DNA of 64,000 nucleotides, taken from assembly GCA_040954595.2 (NCBI GenBank), contig CM082594.2, positions 3,147,319-3,211,318 on the forward strand, given 5' to 3'. Positions within the stretch are counted from its first letter, which is position 1. Every line of letters begins with the position of its first letter. This document shows positions 50,906 through 60,321 of this stretch, one piece after another. Below the pieces are notes generated by a model. That model was not told the DNA's origin. It saw only the letters and a program-made list of their open reading frames with translations, and made no database searches. A program made the translations under genes and the position numbers. This stretch comes from Balanoglossus misakiensis. Lineage: Eukaryota > Animalia > Hemichordata.

Positions 50906-52096
50906 TGTGACCGGGGGTTGATTTACCTACTTACCTGTGACAGGGGGGTTGACTTACTTACTTACCTACATACGTTGAGGGCGTTATACACCTGGGTCAG
51001 GGGGTTGACTTACATACTTACCTGCATACGTTGAGGGCGCTATACACATATATATAGGCACGCACTTCCATACTAGGTCATTCATTATCTGACCCGTGCT
51101 CTTTCATTTTGTTACCTGTATGTGTAGGTGAGTTTACCTTTTACAATCCACTTTAGATAGTGCTAAATATAAGCCATCCAAATATTTGAATACCTGGTAT
51201 TGCTTTAGTTGATATTTATAGTTGTAGTGGGGGAATTTAGTTTATTCTTCTTTAGTTATTTATACTTGTTTTTGGCATTTAAAAAATGTGGTGATGTGTG
51301 CTTCATGACCGATTCAACTTAACTCATGTAACACAATTCATTATCTGACCCGTGCTCTTTCATTTTGTTACCTGTATGTGTAGGCCTACCTGTGCTGTAC
51401 TATATGTATGTATGACTTATACGGCCGAAATAAAAAGTTGAACCACCAGAAGTGACAACCACAATCACGTCGGGGTCACCATTTGTGAAGCTTGCCAATA
51501 TAGGGTCAGCAAATAATACACCATGCTCGGAAAAAAATTGTGGTTGTCACTTCTGGTGGTTCAACTTTTTATTTCGGCCGTATAAGTCATACATACATAT
51601 AGTACAGCACAGGTAGGCCTACACATACAGGTAACAAAATGAAAGAGCACGGGTCAGATAATGAATTGTGTTACATGAGTTAAGTTGAATCGGTCATGAA
51701 GCACACATCACCACATTTTTTAAATGCCAAAAACAAGTATAAATAACTAAAGAAGAATAAACTAAATTCCCCCACTACAACTATAAATATCAACTAAAGC
51801 AATACCAGGTATTCAAATATTTGGATGGCTTATATTTAGCACTATCTAAAGTGGATTGTAAAAGGTAAACTCACCTACACATACAGGTAACAAAATGAAA
51901 GAGCACGGGTCAGATAATGAATGACCTAGTATGGAAGTGCGTGCCTATATATATGTGTATAGCGCCCTCAACGTATGCAGGTAAGTATGTAAGTCAACCC
52001 CCTGACCCAGGTGTATAACGCCCTCAACGTATGTAGGTAAGTAAGTAAGTCAACCCCCCTGTCACAGGTAAGTAGGTAAATCAACCCCCGGTCACA
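50906..52096. mobile_element. 1191-bp foldback element: 560-bp inverted arms, 71-bp spacer, TGT..ACA termini, 4-bp TSD (Ginger-like)
   Basis: Arms 50906-51465 and 51537-52096 are reverse complements, with no mismatch noticed by eye. AGAA is duplicated at 50902-50905 and 52097-52100. The empty site GATAAGAATAATT is present in unit A at ~34863. Confidence 0.9.
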
Positions 52097-53230
52097 AGAA
52101 TAATTTGATGTTTTCAATTATTGGACATGACAGCTGTCAGATTATCACACGAGCCTGTCAATTCATATATCATGATCTTTGTGGCATCTGTTTGCTGATG
52201 AGAATCTGACACGTTCAAGTTGCATGGGTGTACCAAATTCCCCCCACCAGGACCAGCTTACAGTTTTCAAGTGTTTTCTCGCACCTTGAATGACGCCGGT
52301 CAGAGGTACACAATGCCATGATTGATATCATGTCAATGATAACACCAAGATCTCTCATGCTATCGACTTTCACTAATGAATGACAAGGTATCCAGTTTAC
52401 ATTGGAATGCGAAATCGGTTTAATTTGTTGCCAAATCTACCAAACAGTTTGATTGCAATATTCACAAAACACTTATACAAAATGAGAAAGTACATATTGT
52501 GGTGAGATTGAAGAATATAAACCATAGCTTGTTTCTCTCACTGCAGCTCCACTGCTCCTGTGGTCGTTGATATAATTCAAAATACGCCATTCACAATTAA
52601 TAATAATTTAATTCGTTTCAAGACCTGGGGTCCAAATGCATGGAGAACATCCAGTTCTCAAATAAAGTGAACCATCGCACAAATACAAATTGAGTGCTAA
52701 TTTCAGAATTACAGAGAAAGTTAAACAATGTAATACACTCTATGCAGGACAGGAGGCTGTTCTCACAGCCATAGCTTTATAGACACAGTGGCATATGTTC
52801 AGTAGTACCTGTGAATCTGTGGAGCTCATAAGCCTATTCACAATTAATAAGAGACATACTGGAATAGTAGAGAAATTAGAAACGGAAATAATAATGATCA
52901 TGTCATTTGTGGTTTCTACTGGGTAACTCAGTCTTTGAGATGGGTAAATTCATTGTGTAGCATCCATTAATGGATGATTTTCGGCTCATTGCGAGATTTC
53001 GCGAGACATGGTTAATTTCTGTCGTGGCACCGGATTGCTAGCCGGGTAACCCAAGTCAAGCTTTGTATGAAATAACGAACTGTAGGCTTCATTAAAAGCA
53101 TTAATTTGGGGCCGTTTAACATGATTGACAATGTGTTCTTTGTTCTGAGTCACATGAGTATATCTTGACGTCAAATAAACTGCCTAGTCACGCGAGATTT
53201 CGCAGGATCTCCCGAAGTTCGGAAAATGGT

Positions 53231-56200
53231 CTATTCCTGACACAACTTCTTCCTCGACCTTCTTGGATAAACAGTAAATTTATCATCCCCAATGACACTG
53301 TACATTGCGCCAGCTATTTTTTCCCCTGCCAACTTCATAATTACATAGAATAATACACTCACAACAATGCCAACGCCTGGAATAGGAATAAAAATCTGTG
53401 AGGTTACACCAAGGATGACCCCACCAACCGCACCAAGCCATGACCCTACATTTTCCCACCGCTGCAACTTTATCTGGTTAAACTCATCGTTTGTTAGTTT
53501 GCCCTGGTTGATTTTTTTCGTCAACTTATTCCCTCTACGCCAACTCAACGCTGATTCAATTGCCACGCCTAGAAGTGCAGTGCCCGCAGCAACTGAAACA
53601 ACAGAGGCAGCACCGCCGGCCGTTAGGCCTTCTAAACCCACGCTTAGTCTGCTTAGTGTTCTTCTTAATACCTGTTTATCTAGGTTCATCAAAGTACAAA
53701 TAACAGCCCTTTGAACAGTTTTCAGAATGTTATGGTATCGCTCAGGAATAAATTTTTCACACAACCATGCTATGAATTTGGTAACAAGCGATTCCAACTG
53801 TTGACAGTAACTTGTGCCTGTTTTACAAAATCTTACAAAGTGCTCGCAGTTATTGTTACTTGGTGAGAAATTTGTCTCACCAAGTCGTGCCCCAGCTCTT
53901 TGAATAGCTTGCTCTCGGACTTCAGAATTCCCGTGGTTGACACGATACAGGATGTCTTTTTTCAAGTCAAAGTCGATTTCTTCTTCTGTGACTCGAGCAA
54001 AGGCTAGATTCCCATCGACATGAATTCCTGACTTGTAGTGAATAACCCTGACACTTTTTTCCTTGCCATCCTCGACAGCCAAGAAGTGGTGGTAGTACAA
54101 ACCTTTCTTTCGCTTAATCATAAAGTGATCGCCTCTTCTGATATCGCTTACCTTCACGATAAGTTCATCAGAGAAATTCCCATATTCCTTGCATATATTG
54201 ATGAACTGCTTACAGTCCATGCCTCGCGAGACGATCTTACAGTCCTTACGTCGCGATACGGTTTTATCGTCATGTACGAAACTTCGCGCCTTTTCAATGG
54301 TCTTGTCCACATTGAGAGTCATTGACGTATCATCTTTTATACGAAAGACGTCAAAGCCATCGAAGTTTAGACGGATCGGTTCTTCAGCAATGCATTGGGA
54401 GTGAGAATCATCAGATCCAGGCGTATGAGTGACTGCTTTCTTGCAATCACAGTAATGGATAACATCAACATCACTACCATTGACACCGTCTTGTACTGCC
54501 AGCATGTGGTGGTTACGGGCCTCGCGACCTTTTCCTTGTCTGATGATAATATGATCTCCTCTCTTAATATCCCTGGCACTTGTGATTTGCTCAACGCGAT
54601 CAGTTGGGGCTTTGCACCATTTCACAAAGTGTTCACTCGTACTGTTGTTAGCATCCATTGAATATGTACTGTGGCCGATATGATCTTTTGCATTCTGTAA
54701 GATCATATCGACATTACGGATTATGGTTTCATCATCTCCATCATCATAGAATCGGAAAAAGTTGCACCCGTTTACATCGATTTCTTTCTCTTCTACGACA
54801 GCTGCGTCTTCACAGTAATGAATCGCTTGGACCTTTTCTCCCGTGGTGTAGTCCTTTGTCACAACAACGTGATACAACTTGTTACGTAGAAAACGAGGTT
54901 CTTCGATGATGAGATGATCACCTCTCTTGACACTCGTCAAGTTCTGGAGACGCTCTTTATGGCTGTGTCTCATTTTGCACCAAAATACAAAATGTTCGTC
55001 ACTTTGCTTTTCTGATTCACAATATTTTTTAATCCCCACCTGTCTTTCTGCTTGCATAATAATTTCGTCAATATCAATTGTCTCTTTGTGTTTGTCATCA
55101 ACAAACAAACACACGTCCTGTTTGCGGGTGTCAATTAGCAACTCCTCACTAATTACTTTTCCATCCTTGTAATGAATTACGGACACTTTACCATCGCGTA
55201 CCCCATCTTTTGTGATTAGCAAGTTATGCTCATCGATTTTTAAATGGTCCCCCTTCTTTAAAATGTCTAAAACATACAGGCGTCTTTTATGTCCCGTATC
55301 CCTTCGGCACCAGTTGACAAAATGTTCATTGTTGTTGCATTCACTCGAATATTTCTTAGTTCCTATTTGGTTCAAGGCCTTCATCACAACGTCATGTGTA
55401 TTCAGCAGATACGGGGAGTTATCGTCATCCTTATTATCATCCGTTTCTTCACCTTCTTCATGTCTGACCTCGTTTCTTAAACCACACTCATCACCAACAG
55501 CTCCGTCAGCAGTATCAACATTGAAAGACATACGTCTACTCGCATCATCGTACTCAGGGTCGACTAATTTATACAGAACTATTTCTTCTCGATCATCAAT
55601 GCGTAAATATTGGCGTTTCACTTCTCCCTCGTAAAGGACCACGTCCACACCATCTGGTGTACCTTTACCCAATGCCAGGTAGTGGATTTTCTTTTTAAGA
55701 AAGCCATGCTTTTCTTCTGTGATTAGATGATCTCCAACTCTGACATTTTCAGTGTTTTCAACTGGCTCTTCATACATTGTACTTGACATACACCAATAGA
55801 CAAAGTTCTCACAATTATTTCGTTCCTCGCAATAGGATCTCTTACCTTTCTGAATAAGGGCTTTCTGAATAACCCAGTCCCTGTCGACATTCACCTGGTC
55901 ATTGATTCGATGAAGCTCACCATTAAAGGGGATTGTTTTCACTGTGACCCCCTTAAGTGTATCATAATATATAACACGCACTTCATTACTCTCTTTACAA
56001 CCATCTGAAATTGCAAGTGCATGGTGCTTGTGCAAGTCGCCGTACTTTGTATACATAAGGTGATCGCCTTTCTTCACTTCGGTAATTTCGCATGGGTTTT
56101 CCACATGTCCAAGCGCAGCTGCATTTTCATCCATTGCTCTTGCCATACACCAATGGACAAACTTCTCGCAATTACTTCGTTCCTCGCAATATGATCTCTT

Positions 56201-57247
56201 ATCTTTCTGGTTAAGGGCCTTCTGAATAACATGCTCTCTGTCGACATTCACCCGGTCATTGATTCGACGAAAGGAAGTATCGAAAGGGATTGATTTCACT
56301 GTGACTCCCTTGAGATTATCGTAATATATAACACGCACGTCTTTACTCTCTTTACAACCATCTGATATTGCAAGTGCATGGTGCTTGTGCCAACCAAGGT
56401 ACTTTCTAAAGACTAAGTGATTCCCACTTTTCACTTCAGTAATACCGCAGAGTTCTTCCTCATCTCCAAGCGCATCTGGCTCTTCATATACTGTACTTGA
56501 CATACACCAATGGACAAATTTCTCGCAATTACTTTTCTCGCAATACTGTCTTTTACCTTTTAGACTCAAGGCTTTCTGAATAACCCAGTCCTTGTTGACA
56601 TTCACCCTGTCATTGATTCGATGAAGCTTACCATTAAAAGGGATTGATTTAACTGTGACTCCCTTGAGATTATCATAATATATAACACGTACTTCATTAA
56701 TATCATCTTTACAACCATCTGAAATTGCAAGTGCATGGTGCTTGTGCCGGCCAAGATACTTTCTAAAGACTAAGTGGTCGCCTTTTTTCACTTCAGTAAC
56801 ATCGTGGATCTCTTGCTCATCTGCAAGGGCAGTGTCGTCACCTGGTACAGAATCAGTAACTGCCACTTCCACATCATTCACTGTTCAATGATAGAAAGAA
56901 TGGCAGAAAGAAACGTGGAATTTACATCCTGGAATATTCCTTACTTTGGGCAGAAAAAATATTCAAGTTTTAAAAAAAAAATACATGCATATTAGCGAGG
57001 TATTTCCTAAAATAATTAACATTTTCTAAGCGTTCGAATCGTTCAGTTAAGGGCATTTACGGAACTCACAGGTCTAAAGACTAAAAATATTATCTCTAAT
57101 TTACATATGCCCAAATATGGTTAAACCTGCTTATCTAAGTTGTGCCTCATTCATTTCATGTGCCCCCCCCCAAAAAAAAAACATTTCACGTGCAAGTTTA
57201 CACTCACTTTCCAACATTTTGTACATGTACTTGGTTGATTGGTCCAT
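53231..57247 (-). CDS. Multi-LRAT/PLAAT (NlpC/P60, H-NC) repeat protein, ~1229 aa: eight domains plus a C-terminal Gly-rich hydrophobic region
   Basis: Exon 57247-57208 (MDQSTKYMYKMLE A|gtgag) joins in phase to aacag|TG at 56880 and the 3.65-kb exon. Eight units of GDH..H..VIHY..A....G...Y...NCEHFV.WC. Tail GLTAGGAASVVSVAAGTALLGVAI..GSWLGAVGGVILG..IPIPGVGIVVSVLF. Confidence 0.85.
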
Positions 57248-57839
57248 ATTATTCACTCATTGATCAGACGACAAAACCACAAAAACACTAGCTCAGGAGA
57301 AGTTCGGTGACAAATACTGAAAAAAATGAAATCAGGAACTATAGGAAGAAGTACTTGAAATTGCGCACATTGTTGCAATGCACACTGGCAAACAAATATT
57401 AAAAACACGGATCGGTGGAATTTGGAATTCTTTTCTTCTCAGCCAATTCATCATACCATTCTGGGTTATTTTCACATGTACACTACATTGTTGAAGCCTA
57501 TTTTTCATCTCAATTTTTGCCCACTGAGGTAAACATCATGACACTGATTGATTGCATCACATCACGCCAATTCATGACACTGATTGATTGCATCACATCA
57601 CGCCAATGGATATACCTACCAGGAATAAATATTGTTCCTCTACGAGTTGTTATTCTGATTACAAAAAGCCACAGCCTCGTACACCGTTAACTATAATGCA
57701 GAACTGGGTTCGTATGCCGTCAACATGATTTATGGCCCTTGAAATAAAACACACAGGAAAATGTGCGATAGAAAATCAATGAAAGAATTGAAATGTGGTA
57801 AAGTCCAACAAAACAAACGCCACTTGTTTATTTATCTGA

Positions 57840-57955
57840 TGCAATACCTGGGTTGCTAGGCAATACAGGCGTCACCCACTTGTGTTCACAATAAGCTGTT
57901 TGTTTCATGTGAATTCAAAACGTGATCTCTTTGAAGCGAAAATGGAAAATCCCGG
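57840..57955 (-). promoter_or_regulatory. Putative proximal promoter and non-coding exon of the LRAT-repeat gene with a kB site
   Basis: GGAAAATCCC at 57944-57953 (GGGATTTTCC on minus), adjacent GCGAAAATGGAAA (IRF-like), and a donor CAG|gtattg at ~57846 upstream of the 57316 acceptor. Confidence 0.45.
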
Positions 57956-58260
57956 TTTTTAGCTCTGCTGTCAGAGACGCGGAGCTTATCAGATAGGTGG
58001 ACGTACGGCCCGTCGTTGTCCGTCGTCTGTCCATCCGCCCGTCAACGTTTTTATTCTTTTGTCTTCTTCTCTGAAACCGTTGGTCCCATTGTTTGGAAAT
58101 TTGGTATGCAGCTTCCTTGGGGTGGCCTTAGTCAAATTGGTTCAAATTATGGTTAAATTTGCATATTTGTATTTTTGGAACAATTTTCCCTCTGTTTGGT
58201 CAAAAATCATTTTCTGTGAAAAAGCTTGTCTGATTTCTTTCAAATTTTGTGTGTAGGTAC
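57956..58260 (+). mobile_element. Fragment of a Helentron-associated / Pearl-like non-autonomous element
   Basis: Begins TTTTTAGCTC in a T-run, followed by a GTCC/CGTC microsatellite-like tract and a CTTCTCTGAAAC..AAATTTGGTATG core characteristic of such invertebrate elements. Confidence 0.5.
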
Positions 58261-58770
58261 TTTGGGTTCATTATTATTAGTAGTAATATATAATCAAAGT
58301 GTCCTGATATAAAAAAATTTCAACCGTCTTTAGGGGCAAGGTGGCTCGTCCAAATAATTGAAGCAAGCAAGCAGGCTTGTAAATTTTTCAACCGTTTTTG
58401 GAGCAAGGTGGTTCGTCCAAATAATTGAAGCAAGTGTGCAAGGGACTGCAAGGAGAGAAAGTAACGGCTGTGATACCATACAATGACGATACATTTTTCC
58501 CATGTTGACTAAACTTGTGTTGAAGTGTTTAATATGTTGAATAAGACATAAATGAATCAATGAATAAATCACGCATCGTTTCAGTCTATATGTCCAGTTA
58601 CTATGGTCCCTTAGACAGGGGGGCGAATAATAAAAGCCCTATGCTTCAAGCAGCCTGTTATTTGCAGGTTCCTGTCTGGGGTGCCCTCTAGTAACATGTG
58701 CCCCTGTTGGCATTTTCATATCGTCTTAGTCCAGTTTGTGACCCCTGAGTGGAGACGGAAGTACCCTAGT

Positions 58771-60062
58771 TATTTCTACCCTGGCGGTGCAAGGCAGTGC
58801 GGGACACGCACCACGCCCCTGTAGCTATTTTTATAACTTGACCAATCAGATCTTCGCATACATAAAATGGCAGCTCAATGCACTGTACGTGTTTACGATG
58901 GTTTAAGGTTAAAAATCATTTTTGATATAGATATATAATCATAAAAATGTAACAAATTGGAAAATTGCATTATGTTTCCTTCACAAGGAACAATGCACAA
59001 GACAACATGTTAAATGCACAAGAAAACATGTTAAATGCACAAGACAACATGAGTTCAGTTCACTTAAGGCAGTTATGGCTTTCCATACAAATATGCGCAC
59101 CTTTACTCACGTTAGGCAGTAGTACACGTATCAGAACAGAACATAGCCATTCTACCAAAACAATCAAGTGGAAATTATAAAACTAAAGCAGACGTTTCTT
59201 GGTGCAGTGAACAATAGACCTAAACGAGACAGAATGCGCGCATTGGTTTTTCGTTCAGTCGCCATAGACTCAGTCAAAGATCAAAGAGGTAAGCTCAATC
59301 TTTAGGAATGAAAAACCCTCCCCAATTTCTCTGGTGATATGTTCATTTCTTATCGGTGGCCAAGTATTATAAAAATGAGTGTTGTGTTGTGTTGTGTTGT
59401 GTTGTGTTGTTTTGTGTTGTGTTGTGTTGTGTTGTGTTGTGTTGTGTTGTGTTGTGTTGTGTTGTGTTGTGTTGTGTTGTGTTGTGTTGTGTTGTTGGTA
59501 AATTACTGGCTAAACATGAATTAAATCAGCAGGTAAGTCAGTGGACGGTCTGTTTTTTTACGGGGAGCGTTTCATTGCTAGAGCAGTTTAGGCGTTATTT
59601 TCTTCTTCCTGGTATTGATTTTCGCAAAACAATATGACAACAACTGATTTATTTGGCGGGAGACGCTTGCACAAGCAAGTATTTACCCAAGCATTACCGT
59701 ATGCGCCTGCGCACTGGTTGTAGTCCACTCTTAAAGTATTTCTACCCTGGCGGTGCAAGGCAGTGCGGGACACGCACCACGCCCCTGTAGCTATTTTTAT
59801 AACTTGACCAATCAGATCTTCGCATACATAAAATGGCAGCTCAATGCACTGTACGTGTTTACGATGGTTTAAGGTTAAAAATCATTTTTGATATAGAAAT
59901 ATAATCATAAAAATGTAACAAATTGGAAAATTGCATTATGTTTCCTTCACAAGGAACAATGCACAAGACAACATGTTAAATGCACAAGAAAACACGTTAA
60001 ATGCACAAGAGAACATGAGTTCAGTTCACTTAATTAAGGCGGTTATGGCTTTCCATACAAAT
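58771..60062. repeat. Direct duplication of ~320 bp (58771-59092 and 59737-60062) flanking a (GTGTT)n microsatellite (59379-59495)
   Basis: TATTTCTACCCTGGCGGTGCAAGG..TTCCATACAAAT is nearly identical at both positions. Confidence 0.92.
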
Positions 60063-60321
60063 GACTCGTACCTTTAAACGACAATTTTGTGAATTAAAAC
60101 CGCTGACAAGCGTAAAAGGACAAACGACAGAATGCTTTCAACACTTACCGATAAGCCTACGTCTGCGGTCGTGGTTTAAATGGCTAAGGCCGTTTGTGTT
60201 CGCTTTGCTGGACTATATAACGTCACCGTTGGGGGAATTCCCCGTCACCTGACCTGTTCCATTGAAAGCGTCATATCCAGTGACCAAACAATACCCGGAA
60301 AACATACAACTTCACACTAAA
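60061..60321 (-). promoter_or_regulatory. Third copy of the ZNFX1 promoter and first-exon module, upstream of the LRAT-repeat gene
   Basis: Aligns to 33445-33717 and 48920-49190. GGGGAATTCCCC 60232-60243, TATATA ~60214 and donor CG|gtaagt at 60148 are retained. The E-box is GTCACCTGAC and the IRF-like site is altered. Confidence 0.75.

Larger units (their letters stand above)
35422..52110. repeat. Tandem segmental duplication, unit B
   Basis: Collinear with 20004-34880, plus unit-specific insertions at ~37163-37980, 46555-46940 and 50906-52096. Confidence 0.93.
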
